A stretch of 61,490 nucleotides of DNA, counting the filler. It is 7 parts of 7 records of this genome, joined end to end, with 100 filler letters (N's around TTAATTAATTAA, not from the genome) between each part and the next. Parts side by side here need not be neighbours in the genome. Positions count along the whole stretch, not along the records: positions 11,821 to 20,475 come from SRR31156797_15864; positions 20,576 to 26,246 come from SRR31156797_15884; positions 26,347 to 35,500 come from SRR31156797_15908; 4 more parts are not named here. One strand, 5' to 3'. A program made the position numbers and the translations under genes. The notes beneath the pieces were generated by a model. The model ran no database searches. It was not told the DNA's origin and saw only the letters and a list, made by a program, of their open reading frames with translations. The first letter of the stretch is position 1. Each line of letters opens with the position of its first letter. This document shows positions 18,671 to 28,561 of the stretch, one piece after another.

Positions 18671-20317
18671 TCAATTAACCAACTCATAAAACAGGGGAAT
18701 TTCCAATTCAATTTTGCGTTTGAAAAAACGGTTCTGCCCAGTCCTCTCAGCAATCTCATTAGCATTTTCCAATTCCCTGAGTCCTTCCTGCAACCTAAAT
18801 ACCTTTAAATTGGTAACTGCGACTTCTGCGCTGATTCTCCAATCATCAGGATAATGAAGCGAAAGATGTGAAAGAAAACCAAGCCTGCTGGGTTCCCCGC
18901 CTTTGACTCCTTTAAATATTGAATCAAGTCTCCTGTAGATTTCTTTGTCAGATGAATCTCTGTAAAGAGCGGCAAAATAGCAATCAGAAGCACATGAAGG
19001 AATGTCTTGAGCTTCATTAAAAGCCACTCCGGAACGTATTCGCAGACCATTCTTAAATGAAACATCCCCCCAAAGCTTCAAAAGGTGAACCTCATCTTCC
19101 GGTTTAACCACATCCTCATGTCGGCTGGATGCATGAAAGGAGTACCAGAAGTGCTTTGCCACTTCCCATATCCCCAGCTTTAATGCGCTAAGAGAAGCAC
19201 TCATATTGAAATAACAATCTGCCGAGGTAAGTCTTTTATCCAAATATGGACGGGCAATGCCCATGAAAAGATCAGCTAGTCCTGATCTGGCAAAAATTCT
19301 TAGCAATGCAACATCACGCATCTCACTTCGACTTAACGCAAGCAGTCTTTTAAGCAAATGATCCCAATCAACGTTACGACTTCCTGATTCACCCAGCAAA
19401 AATTCACTCATACACAGCAGGAGTTCCGCCCTTTCATCCGGGACATTTCGAACAGCAGTATTTTGGACAATCTCACAAATTGCAACAGCCCTAGACTCCG
19501 GACGATGATCTTTTAGGACCCGAGCATAAGCAGCCATACCAAACGAACCGCTTAGTGATGCATCTTTTGTAAAGCGATCAATAATTTCCTTCAATTCAAG
19601 GACATCGCTATAAACCTCTACTTCTTTTCCAATCTCGAACAATTCATCAAGTCCGCCGCCAACGTCTGGAGTAACAACTGCGCACCCACATGATGCTGCT
19701 TCAAACAAACGAAAGTTAACTTCACCGAAAAGAGCTTCATTAGGAGCAATTCTGGTATTTCTGTATAGCTCCATCATTTGCTGATAATTCAGATTGTCAT
19801 GAAAATTGAGCTTGTACTGGGATTTTAAAAATTCAACAAACCAAAGCCGGGACCGCCTATGCGACGTCACCCGGCCTACAAAACTCAAATCATGTTCCCG
19901 CCTACTGTGAGGAATTATACCTCCTCCAGCAGGCCCTGCCCCCGAGAGGCTTCCCATCCAAGGCAACCATTCAACTTTTGCCTTGCAGACTCTACGCAAC
20001 TCAGGGACATACTTTTTCTGTGTGGTCAAAAGACAGTCAAAGAGGTCAGCATAAAATCTATGCCAGTACATATTCATATGAGTGTCCACAGACCAGAAAA
20101 TCTTGACACAGTTCAACGTATGAAGGCCACTCAAAAATAAACGTCGGCCCAATGATTCCTGCTGCAGAATCAAGTCCGGTTCGAATTGCATCTCATCAAG
20201 CTTAGCGGGAAGATCAAGATTACTCTCCTGACCATGAATAGATTCAACCTCAAAGCCCATTTTAACAAAGGCTTTTACGAGTGGTGGAGTGCAATTAATC
20301 AAAAAAAGTTTATGCAT
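18671..20317 (-). CDS. CgeB-like glycosyltransferase with C-terminal helical extension
   Basis: 'FWSVDTH', 'LSFVGR', 'EVNFRLFEAASCG', 'LFEIGKEVEVY', typical of the Glyco_trans_1_2/CgeB domain. Confidence 0.7.
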   Translation of the reverse strand: MHKLFLINCTPPLVKAFVKMGFEVESIHGQESNLDLPAKLDEMQFEPDLILQQESLGRRLFLSGLHTLNCVKIFWSVDTHMNMYWHRFYADLFDCLLTTQKKYVPELRRVCKAKVEWLPWMGSLSGAGPAGGGIIPHSRREHDLSFVGRVTSHRRSRLWFVEFLKSQYKLNFHDNLNYQQMMELYRNTRIAPNEALFGEVNFRLFEAASCGCAVVTPDVGGGLDELFEIGKEVEVYSDVLELKEIIDRFTKDASLSGSFGMAAYARVLKDHRPESRAVAICEIVQNTAVRNVPDERAELLLCMSEFLLGESGSRNVDWDHLLKRLLALSRSEMRDVALLRIFARSGLADLFMGIARPYLDKRLTSADCYFNMSASLSALKLGIWEVAKHFWYSFHASSRHEDVVKPEDEVHLLKLWGDVSFKNGLRIRSGVAFNEAQDIPSCASDCYFAALYRDSSDKEIYRRLDSIFKGVKGGEPSRLGFLSHLSLHYPDDWRISAEVAVTNLKVFRLQEGLRELENANEIAERTGQNRFFKRKIELEIPLFYELVN

Positions 20318-20406
20318 GTGGAAGATATACGCTAAGCATGTGCATCTTGAAAAGTTAAATCAGCGGTTGCTTTAAATCAGTTAAGCAACGTTAAAAAACT
20401 AGAGTA

Positions 20407-20425
20407 GAAAATGAATATCAGAATC
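20407..20425. promoter_or_regulatory. Candidate Fur box
   Basis: GAAAATGAATATCAGAATC matches 14/19 of GATAATGATAATCATTATC; the target gene may lie beyond the contig edge. Confidence 0.3.
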
Positions 20426-20475
20426 ACCCTATTAATTCAACATGATCATACTCCTCCCGAACAGCCCCCCCACTC

Positions 20476-20575
20476 NNNNNNNNNNNNNNNNNNNNNNNNN
20501 NNNNNNNNNNNNNNNNNNNTTAATTAATTAANNNNNNNNNNNNNNNNNNNNNNNNNNNNNNNNNNNNNNNNNNNN
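20476..20575. other. Artificial contig spacer
   Basis: N44-TTAATTAATTAA-N44. Confidence 0.99.
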
Positions 20576-20576
20576 T

Positions 20577-21512
20577 TTTAAAAATAAAATACTTCCAAAT
20601 GCTGTTACAGTAGACGCTGAAGGGAGCGTTTATTTTTCAGATACTTTATCGGATAAGATTTTGAAGTACAATTCAAAAGGCAGATATCAATTTTCTATTC
20701 ACTTTGATGGTCTAAAAGGAATTGTTGATCTGTTTTATTTTGATGAAAGAATATATATTCTTAGTATAAAAGGGAAGTTATATATTATTGATAAAAAAGG
20801 AAATCTAATAGTGAAAAAAGACTTTCAAGAGGGAGAACTATTAGATAATTTAAATGATCCTAATTCAATCTATGTAAATAAAGATTATATCTATATAACA
20901 GATAGTAAAACTTCAAAAGTAAAGGTTTTTTCATATAACGGAAGACCAATTAGAGATTTTGGTTATAAAGGATTGTATTTTAATGCTTTTTCAAAAATTG
21001 GAGGAATCTCTAGAAATAAAAAGAATATAATCGTATCTGATACAGATACAGGTGAAGTTAAAGCTTTTGATTTGAATGGAATTTATGAGAAAAATCTAAA
21101 AGATGAAAAAGGAAATGAAATAAGAGCTTTTCTTGCTCCTGAAGATGTATTTGTGGATAAAAACGGCGATATATATATTGTTGATTCCGGTTCAAGTAAA
21201 GTAATAGTGTATAATAGATATATGCAGTTAAAACAGAGATTTGGTTCCAGAGGAACCGGGAAAACAGAGTTTAATGTTATTAAAGATATTTGGGTAACAA
21301 AAGATAAAATTTATTTAGCAGATAGCTTAAATAAAGAAGTTAAAGTTTTTAATAAAAAAACATTAACCTATATTACTTCACTTGGAATGAATAAAATAAT
21401 GTATATAATATTTGGTTTAATAGCATTTCTTATTCCGTTTTTTGTTGCATTAGAAGTATTTGTTCTTAGAAAAAAAAGATATCGAGAAGAACACGGATAT
21501 GATGAAATATAA
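20577..21512 (+). CDS. NHL-repeat beta-propeller protein with C-terminal TM anchor (5'-partial)
   Basis: Frame is open from the contig edge (FKNKILPNAVTVDAEGSVYFSD...); NHL repeats 'PNSIYV..YIYITDS..VKVF' and 'PEDVFVD.NGDIYIVDS'; hydrophobic C-terminus followed by RKKR. Confidence 0.82.
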   Translation, partial: FKNKILPNAVTVDAEGSVYFSDTLSDKILKYNSKGRYQFSIHFDGLKGIVDLFYFDERIYILSIKGKLYIIDKKGNLIVKKDFQEGELLDNLNDPNSIYVNKDYIYITDSKTSKVKVFSYNGRPIRDFGYKGLYFNAFSKIGGISRNKKNIIVSDTDTGEVKAFDLNGIYEKNLKDEKGNEIRAFLAPEDVFVDKNGDIYIVDSGSSKVIVYNRYMQLKQRFGSRGTGKTEFNVIKDIWVTKDKIYLADSLNKEVKVFNKKTLTYITSLGMNKIMYIIFGLIAFLIPFFVALEVFVLRKKRYREEHGYDEI

Positions 21513-21550
21513 TTTTGTTAAATAAAAACAAAAAAATAAGGTGATACTAA

Positions 21551-22351
21551 TTGAAAAATAAAGCGATAGGTATTTTTGATTCCGGACTGGGAGGCTTAAC
21601 CGTTGTAAAAGAAGTTAGAAAACTTCTTCCAAATGAGGATATAGTTTATTTTGGAGATACGGCCAGAGTTCCATATGGTTCAAAATCAAAAGAGGTAATT
21701 ATCAAATACAGTAGAGAGATTACCAGATTCTTAAAAACTAAAGAAGTTAAAATGATAGTCGTGGCTTGTAACACGGCTTCTTCGTTTGCACTGAAAACTC
21801 TTCAGGAAGAATTGGATATTCCGGTTATAGGAGTTATTCATGCCGGGAGTAAATATGCCTCACAAATTACCAAAGGTAAAATTGGAGTTGTTGGAACGAA
21901 GGGAACAATTAAAAGTAATGTATACGAAAGATCAATAAAGAATATTGATCCGAAAATAGAGGTGTATCAAAGACCTTGTCCTTTATTCGTTCCTTTGATT
22001 GAAGAGGGGATGCTTGAGGATAGCGTAACAGAGGAGATCGCAGAAAGATACTTACATGATATTAAAAATGATATTGATACGCTTATCTTAGGTTGTACTC
22101 ATTATCCTTTGATTAAAAATTTAATTAGCAAAGTTTGTGGAGAGAGTGTAAATATATTTAATCCGGCAAAAGTTGTAGCAGAAGAAGTTAAAGAAATACT
22201 GCAAAATAAAGAGATGTTATGTGAGAGCTGCGAAGGAAAAACATCTTATTTTGCAAGTGATGATCCTGAAAAATTTGCTGATACAGGAAAGTTATTTTTG
22301 GGACATTCACATTTGGAAGTAGAAGAGATTGATATAGAAAAATATATTTAG
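21551..22351 (+). CDS. murI: Glutamate racemase
   Basis: 'GIFDSGLGGLTV', 'GDTARVPYG', 'VACNTAS', 'LGCTHYP'. Confidence 0.97.
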   Translation: MKNKAIGIFDSGLGGLTVVKEVRKLLPNEDIVYFGDTARVPYGSKSKEVIIKYSREITRFLKTKEVKMIVVACNTASSFALKTLQEELDIPVIGVIHAGSKYASQITKGKIGVVGTKGTIKSNVYERSIKNIDPKIEVYQRPCPLFVPLIEEGMLEDSVTEEIAERYLHDIKNDIDTLILGCTHYPLIKNLISKVCGESVNIFNPAKVVAEEVKEILQNKEMLCESCEGKTSYFASDDPEKFADTGKLFLGHSHLEVEEIDIEKYI

Positions 22352-22368
22352 AAACCAGAGAGGATAAT

Positions 22369-22968
22369 ATGTTTGAATATATAAGAGGAAAAGTTACAAT
22401 TAAAAGAGTTGATTATGTTGCTTTGGAAGTAAACGGGGTTGCTTATAGAGTTCATATATCTCTAAATACTTATGAGAAATTACATAACCCGGAAGAACAA
22501 TTATTTATTTATCCGTATATAAGAGAGGACCAATTTGTTTTGTATGGTTTTTATGAAGCACGTGAACGTGAGTTATTTGAAAAACTGCTTTCTGTTAGTG
22601 GCGTGGGGGCGAAACTGGCAATAGCAATTTTATCAACATTTACAGTAAGAGATTTGAAACAAATGATAGTTTCAGAAGATGAAAAGATGCTTACTAAAGT
22701 TCCGGGCTTAGGCATTAAAAAAGCAAAAAAATTAATATTGGAAGTAAAAGATAAGATAAATATTAACTTAACACTTGAAGATGATAGTGAACAAGTTGAT
22801 CTGATTAAAACTCATCAACTTGAAGAGGATATTTACCTGGCTCTTGAAGCTTTAGGTTACAAGAAAAAAGATCTGGATAAATTTGTTACAAGAGAAGATA
22901 TTAAAAACTATACTGATATTGAAGATGCAATTAAAGATATTTTGAAGAAAATTCAAGGCAATAAATAG
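22369..22968 (+). CDS. ruvA: Holliday junction branch migration protein RuvA
   Basis: 'MFEYIRG', 'REDQFVLYGF', 'VSGVGAKLA', 'VPGLGIKKAKKLILE', 'ALEALGY'. Confidence 0.96.
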   Translation: MFEYIRGKVTIKRVDYVALEVNGVAYRVHISLNTYEKLHNPEEQLFIYPYIREDQFVLYGFYEARERELFEKLLSVSGVGAKLAIAILSTFTVRDLKQMIVSEDEKMLTKVPGLGIKKAKKLILEVKDKININLTLEDDSEQVDLIKTHQLEEDIYLALEALGYKKKDLDKFVTREDIKNYTDIEDAIKDILKKIQGNK

Positions 22969-23032
22969 AAGAAGTAATAAATAAAAATTGAATAGAAGAT
23001 AAAACTATAATTTTTTAAGGCGGGGGCTGAAG

Positions 23033-23599
23033 ATGATGAATAGGAGATTTGGTTTTAGTTTAATTGAAATGATTATTGCAGTTGCAATAATCACTGTTTT
23101 GAGTACAGTAGGGGTATTGGCTTATTCAGGTAGAGTTGAAAAAAACGCATTAATTGAGATGCAAAGTGAAATTCCGACCTTTTTTAAGACTGTATGTGAA
23201 AAATCATATGAATCAGGTGAGCGATATAAAGTTAACTGTGATTTTTTAGAAAAAGAGATGCAGATTCTTGATATTGAAACGGAAAATACGCTTGAAAACT
23301 GTAAATTAGCTGAAGAGTTAAACTATGTTTTTATTAACAGTAAAAAAGAGTTAACTTCTGAGGTTAGCAGAAACACAACTAATACAGGAAATATTAGTAA
23401 GGGTTTTACTATTTATATTTTTAACAATGACGGGAAGGCATTACATAAAATTTCATTTAGTAATACAACTGAATATGTTAAATTTGTTAAAATAAATGAA
23501 ACAGAACCTGTTAAAGATATGTATTTAAATGATTTTTCTTATGGGCGGGAATTGACAGAAGACGAAGAGGATATAGTTAATTATAAAAATTGGCAATGA
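23033..23599 (+). CDS. Type IV pilin/pseudopilin-like protein 1
   Basis: Prepilin cleavage/methylation motif 'G|FSLIEMIIAVAII' with E5 and a hydrophobic helix. Confidence 0.85.
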   Translation: MMNRRFGFSLIEMIIAVAIITVLSTVGVLAYSGRVEKNALIEMQSEIPTFFKTVCEKSYESGERYKVNCDFLEKEMQILDIETENTLENCKLAEELNYVFINSKKELTSEVSRNTTNTGNISKGFTIYIFNNDGKALHKISFSNTTEYVKFVKINETEPVKDMYLNDFSYGRELTEDEEDIVNYKNWQ

Positions 23600-23615
23600 T
23601 ACCCAAGGAGGAAAA

Positions 23616-24206
23616 GTGAAAAATAAAGGTTTTACTATTGTTGAATTAATGATAGCAGTTACGATAATGATGATTTTAGCTGCTACGGGCTTTATTTCAT
23701 TTAGCGGAAGAGCGGAAAGGAATGCTCTAATTGAGATGAAAACTCAAATACCGACTTTTGTTGAAAATGCGGCACAAAGGTCCCTTGAAAGAGGAGAGAG
23801 TCATACAATAACTTTTAACTTAAGTACAAATACAATAACTTTGCATGATAGTGATGGGACGGAAGTGGATGACCTTGATCTAGATGATGTTTTAGAGTAT
23901 GCGTATATAACAGCATCTTCTATTCCAACGAACTCAGCTGTGATTGTAACTACAACTCAGGGAGATATTGATGCAGATAAAAATCTTTATGTTTTTGATA
24001 GAGATGGGGAAGCTCAGTACAGAATTGACTTTATTACAGGTTTACCAACAGATTATGTAGGAATAACAACATATGAAGTTTCTGAAACAGCAGACTCAAT
24101 GTTGATTTTTGAAGCAGGAGATAATCATATAGATGATGTATATGGAGATGCATTAGTAGACCCTGCTCTGAATGTAGTTGATGATGCTAATTGGACTGAA
24201 GATTAA
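23616..24206 (+). CDS. Type IV pilin/pseudopilin-like protein 2 (paralog of the upstream gene)
   Basis: 'KG|FTIVELMIAVTI'; shares 'SGR.E.NALIEM...IPTF' with the upstream gene; GTG start after AGGAGG. Confidence 0.87.
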   Translation: MKNKGFTIVELMIAVTIMMILAATGFISFSGRAERNALIEMKTQIPTFVENAAQRSLERGESHTITFNLSTNTITLHDSDGTEVDDLDLDDVLEYAYITASSIPTNSAVIVTTTQGDIDADKNLYVFDRDGEAQYRIDFITGLPTDYVGITTYEVSETADSMLIFEAGDNHIDDVYGDALVDPALNVVDDANWTED

Positions 24207-24229
24207 TAAAGAAATTTAAATAAAAATAG

Positions 24230-24256
24230 AAGCTGTCTTTTGTTAAGAGACAGCTT
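24230..24256 (+). terminator. Terminator-like hairpin after the pilin pair
   Basis: AAGCTGTCT...AGACAGCTT inverted repeat with a weak U tail. Confidence 0.55.
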
Positions 24257-24307
24257 TACTATATTTAGGGGTAAATATAGTAATAAAAAGTAAAGGCGGG
24301 ATTACTT

Positions 24308-25633
24308 ATGTTAACTTTAAATTTTTTGAGTTTAGTAGTTATTTTATTTGCACTTATTTTTTTAAATTTTAGTGTTTTAATTCAGGTATTGATTTTTTTA
24401 GGTTTTTTAGTAATTATATTAATCAAAAAATATAATTACTGGTATTTTGTTTTGATACTAATAACACTTCTAAGTTGGAATATAAGACTTGAAGAAAAAA
24501 GTCTTGAAAAAGAGAGTTATTATAAAATGAAACTTATGAAAGTCGGAAATAAAGGTAGAGTATTAAAAGTTAATGATAAACTTTTTTCCGAAAATGCTTA
24601 TATTAATTTAACATATATTGATATTCAGGATGGAGTATATACTTTTGAGCTAATAGTTAACTCAGTAAAAGAGTATAATACTATAAAATATATTGATGCG
24701 GAGTTTATTAATTTCAAAAATCATTGGTCAAATAAATTTCGTAATTATTTAAGAAATAATATTGAAAACATAAGTAAATCAAGGGATATAATTGCGTTTC
24801 TAAGATCAGTGATTTTAGCTGAAAATTCTGATTTAAGTGAAGAGTTCAAAGAGAAGTTTAATTATCTCGGGATATCACATGTTATTGTTATCTCAGGTTT
24901 ACATTTGGGGATTTTACTATTTGGAATACTGCAAGTTTTTAGATGGGTAGGTTTGGGTTATTATAGTAAACATATTTTAACGCTATTAGTATTAACAATT
25001 TACTCAGCAATGTTAGGTTTTACACCGTCTGTTCAACGGGCATATATAATGGCAAGTTTATACATTCTTTCGAAGCTATTTTTTGAGAAAAAAGATGTTA
25101 AAAAGTCATTTCATTTGGCCTTACTTTTATCTATTGTTTATAATCCGTATTTGATAAAGAATGTAGGTTTTCAAATGTCCTATATTGCAGTATTTGCGAT
25201 AATATATGTATATCCTCTTTTAGAAGAAAAACTAAGTAATAAAATTATACAATATGCTATATTGAGTATAGTTATTCAATTACTGTTAATGCCTATATTT
25301 TTATATAATCTTAAAATGCTTTACCTGCTGTCTTTTGTTGCTAATTTAATAATCGTGCCGATATCTGCCTTACTGATTAATTTTTCTTTTTTAGCTGTAT
25401 TAATTAGTTTTATAAATATTGATGTGATAAACAAAATGCTTGGTGAGATTTTAAATGTTTTATACAGAAGCCTGAATGGTTTTGTTGTGCTGTTAAGCAA
25501 TATTCCTTTTATGCAGCTTAGTGTTAAACAAGAGGTTTCGTTTTTTCTTTTTATATGGCTATATTTGGGAATTGTGATTTTCTATTTGTATTTAAGGAAA
25601 CTTTCAGTTACAGAGGCTTCATTGAAAAAATAA
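24308..25633 (+). CDS. comEC: ComEC/Rec2 competence membrane protein (no C-terminal metallo-beta-lactamase domain)
   Basis: 'GISHVIVISGLHLG', 'PSVQRA', 'GFQMSY', 'ANLI..P'; 441 aa, ends after the TM region. Confidence 0.88.
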   Translation: MLTLNFLSLVVILFALIFLNFSVLIQVLIFLGFLVIILIKKYNYWYFVLILITLLSWNIRLEEKSLEKESYYKMKLMKVGNKGRVLKVNDKLFSENAYINLTYIDIQDGVYTFELIVNSVKEYNTIKYIDAEFINFKNHWSNKFRNYLRNNIENISKSRDIIAFLRSVILAENSDLSEEFKEKFNYLGISHVIVISGLHLGILLFGILQVFRWVGLGYYSKHILTLLVLTIYSAMLGFTPSVQRAYIMASLYILSKLFFEKKDVKKSFHLALLLSIVYNPYLIKNVGFQMSYIAVFAIIYVYPLLEEKLSNKIIQYAILSIVIQLLLMPIFLYNLKMLYLLSFVANLIIVPISALLINFSFLAVLISFINIDVINKMLGEILNVLYRSLNGFVVLLSNIPFMQLSVKQEVSFFLFIWLYLGIVIFYLYLRKLSVTEASLKK

Positions 25634-25689
25634 AATAAATGTGCTAAACTTATACAAACATACTAATATAATTAAGCAAGGAGATTTAA

Positions 25690-26246
25690 ATGAAAAAGTT
25701 ATTAGATAAGATAAAATATGCAAATCCGAATTTACCAAAAAGTACAAAAATAATATATGGATCAATATTAGCTCTATTGCTTTTCGGCATGTTAAATAAG
25801 CTGCTTGTTAATCCGTGGATATTATTGCAAATAGTTGTCCTGATATTTTCTGTTAGCTGCCATGAACTGGCTCATGGATATACGGCAAATAAGTTTGGAG
25901 ATCCGACTGCCAGATTAGCAGGAAGATTAACACTTAATCCGATAAAACATATTGACCCGTTTGGAGTATTAGTGCCTATATTTTTAATTTTCTCAGGTGC
26001 TCCATTTGTAATTGGTTGGGCAAAACCGGTACCGATCTCTTATAGATTACTTAAGAGAAAGAAAGCGGGATTTTTTAGTGTATCGATAGCTGGAATAACT
26101 GTTAATATAATACTGGTTTTTGTAGCAGCCACATTTTTAAAATTTTTACCATTAAAGATTCCGGTATATCAATATTTATGGTTTTATATGATAAGAATAA
26201 ATGCAGTTTTAGCAGTATTTAATTTATTGCCAATACCTCCACTTGA
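25690..26246 (+). CDS. Site-2 protease family (M50) metalloprotease (3'-partial)
   Basis: 'HELAHG', 'GDPTARLAGRLTLNP', 'GWAKPVP', 'FNLLPIPPL'; runs into the spacer. Confidence 0.92.
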
Positions 26247-26346
26247 NNNNNNNNNNNNNNNNNNNNNNNNNNNNNNNNNNNNNNNNNNNNTTAATTAATT
26301 AANNNNNNNNNNNNNNNNNNNNNNNNNNNNNNNNNNNNNNNNNNNN
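26247..26346. other. Artificial contig spacer
   Basis: N44-TTAATTAATTAA-N44. Confidence 0.99.
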
Positions 26347-26389
26347 TGAAAATTCCCGGAATAAAGCGTGTTTAAAAATCGAAGGTAAC

Positions 26390-26475
26390 ATCTACAATCA
26401 GCAATCGTTAATCGTTAATCTGAAATCAAAGAAATATCACACATCTAACTTCTGACACCGGACATCTGACATCAA
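26390..26475. repeat. Two short arrays of degenerate 7-bp tandem repeats
   Basis: ATCTACA-ATCAGCA-ATCGTTA-ATCGTTA-ATCTGAA-ATC (26390-26427) and ACATCTA-ACTTCTG-ACACCGG-ACATCTG-ACATCAA (26441-26475). Confidence 0.7.
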
Positions 26476-26517
26476 CAAAAGCCCCCATGCCCTGCGCTTA
26501 GTGCATTGCTTCAGCGC

Positions 26518-28449
26518 CTACCTCTTCACAAACTTCCCGTGATACTCGGTGTATCCGGATTTGATGGTCACAAGATACAGTCCAATTGGCAAGCCGGAAA
26601 TATCGAGGATAATTTCCTGGATTACCGCATCATTGGATTCCTCAATCAGCACCTTGCCACGGAAATCGATAATCCGCACATCACCAATTTTCTGGTTTGG
26701 AATGAATATTTTAATGGATTCTTTTGCCGGATTTGGGTGGATTATCATACTGGAATCATCAATTTCATCAATGCCCACATTGATATAATCTAGCCTGGCC
26801 AGCAGCCATTGATCCGGATCAAACATGGCGGAGTCCATCTCAAAGCCCGGATCGGGAAAAAGAAAGGACTCACCTGAAAAAGTGGAATTACAGATCAGGG
26901 TTTTGGCTTCCCCACCCCCGTATATTTCAATGGGTACAGGCATTTCGAAAAACTCAACCGATGGATGGGATTGCTCCTGATGAATAGTAATTTTGACCAT
27001 TCCATCCCCAAACTGGATCACATTTACGCCATAGGTTGGATACCCTTCCCCATAATACCATTGATCAAAAAACCACTCCAGGTCATCACCATACACACTC
27101 TCAAGATGCCAAATCAGGTCATCGATGGTGGCAAAGCGGTATGAAAGCATGGGGTCATTCAGGTAATTTCGAAGGGCTGTAAAAAATATTTCATCACCCA
27201 CAACCCAGCGTAGCATGTGCAACAGATACGCACCTTTGTTATAGGAAAGCCGGGAACTGAAGAGACGCATCACATCCATGGTATCGGCCACATAAACCGA
27301 TCCATCAGCACCATCAGAAGCCGCGAGCCGGGTATTGCTTTTCCAGATATCCCAATAAAAACCATCGTACATATGCTCAAAAGAGAGCCCGGTCAGGTAG
27401 GTTGCGAAACCCTCGTTCAGGAAAATATCCTGCCAGGTACCAAGGGTAACTTTATTGCCAAACCAGGAGTGCGCCAGCTCATGTGCACGCAGATCGTGGC
27501 CAAAGCCCTGCATAAAACTCATGGTCTGATGCTCCATTCCCCCGCCCCGTGACCATTGGGCATGGCCATATTTTTCGTTGGCAAAAGGGTATGGCCCGAA
27601 AAGCGAATCGAAAAGCATGATCATTTCGGCGGTATTTTGCGAATCACTTGCAGCCTGCGCTGAATCTTCGGGATATACATAATTTACTATAGGGATGGAA
27701 TCACGATCAACAACAGCATATTGCACAAACTCAACATAATTTGTAACCGCCACAGCCACCAAATAACTCACCACCGGGTAGCGGTGTTTCCAGTGGCAAA
27801 TCCTGAAATCTCCTTCCACTTCTTCTGACATCAAAAGCCCAAGACTTGCAGCACGGTATGCTGAAGGAGTCTTTACAATAATGTCCAGGGAATCAATTTT
27901 ATCGGATAAATCATTTTTTCCCGGCCACCAGTCGCGGGCACCATAAGGCTCCGAAAGTGTCCACATCACCGGAACCTCATTGTGCTGCCCAATGGCAAAA
28001 GACCCAAAACCATTTTCCTGTTCCGGTATACCCTGATAAAAAATGGTGACTGAATCCAACTGGTTTTGAGGCAAAGATTCACCCAAAACAATCTTAAACT
28101 GAAAATCAGAAAAATATTCCCATGAGACTTTTTCGTTCCTGAATATGACAGAATCGATGGTCATGGTGTTGTTCAACTCAAATTCAATTTCTGAGAGTTG
28201 ATCAATCACCGGTTTGAAATAAGTGGTAACCGAGCCTTTGATAAATAAAATTGCAGGATCAATTTCCCAGTTAAAGCGATCGTACACTACATCAAAATTG
28301 CCACCGGTTTTTGGTGTGCCCTCCTCATGAGCAATGAATTGTTTGCTTTCTGCCAATGCAATTTCACGCGTATGGTCAACATAGGGTTCATGCTGAGCCA
28401 CTCCGTAAAAGGAAATCAAAAAGCAGGTTATCAATGTGGAAATTCGCAT
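26518..28449 (-). CDS. M1 family aminopeptidase with T9SS C-terminal sorting domain
   Basis: Signal peptide; 'GGMEHQT', 'HELAHSWFG', 'LNEGFATY', 'YNKGA'; C-terminal 'IHPNPA...GLYLVTI...KFVKR'. Confidence 0.93.
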   Translation of the reverse strand: MRISTLITCFLISFYGVAQHEPYVDHTREIALAESKQFIAHEEGTPKTGGNFDVVYDRFNWEIDPAILFIKGSVTTYFKPVIDQLSEIEFELNNTMTIDSVIFRNEKVSWEYFSDFQFKIVLGESLPQNQLDSVTIFYQGIPEQENGFGSFAIGQHNEVPVMWTLSEPYGARDWWPGKNDLSDKIDSLDIIVKTPSAYRAASLGLLMSEEVEGDFRICHWKHRYPVVSYLVAVAVTNYVEFVQYAVVDRDSIPIVNYVYPEDSAQAASDSQNTAEMIMLFDSLFGPYPFANEKYGHAQWSRGGGMEHQTMSFMQGFGHDLRAHELAHSWFGNKVTLGTWQDIFLNEGFATYLTGLSFEHMYDGFYWDIWKSNTRLAASDGADGSVYVADTMDVMRLFSSRLSYNKGAYLLHMLRWVVGDEIFFTALRNYLNDPMLSYRFATIDDLIWHLESVYGDDLEWFFDQWYYGEGYPTYGVNVIQFGDGMVKITIHQEQSHPSVEFFEMPVPIEIYGGGEAKTLICNSTFSGESFLFPDPGFEMDSAMFDPDQWLLARLDYINVGIDEIDDSSMIIHPNPAKESIKIFIPNQKIGDVRIIDFRGKVLIEESNDAVIQEIILDISGLPIGLYLVTIKSGYTEYHGKFVKR

Positions 28450-28561
28450 GGCAGATTGGAAGTTATGATCATCAAAAATAGCTAAATCTTTTGCAAATCA
28501 CATCATTTGTAAAAACATTACGTTAAGTATTTTTCGCATTTTTGCATAAAATTAAAATACG

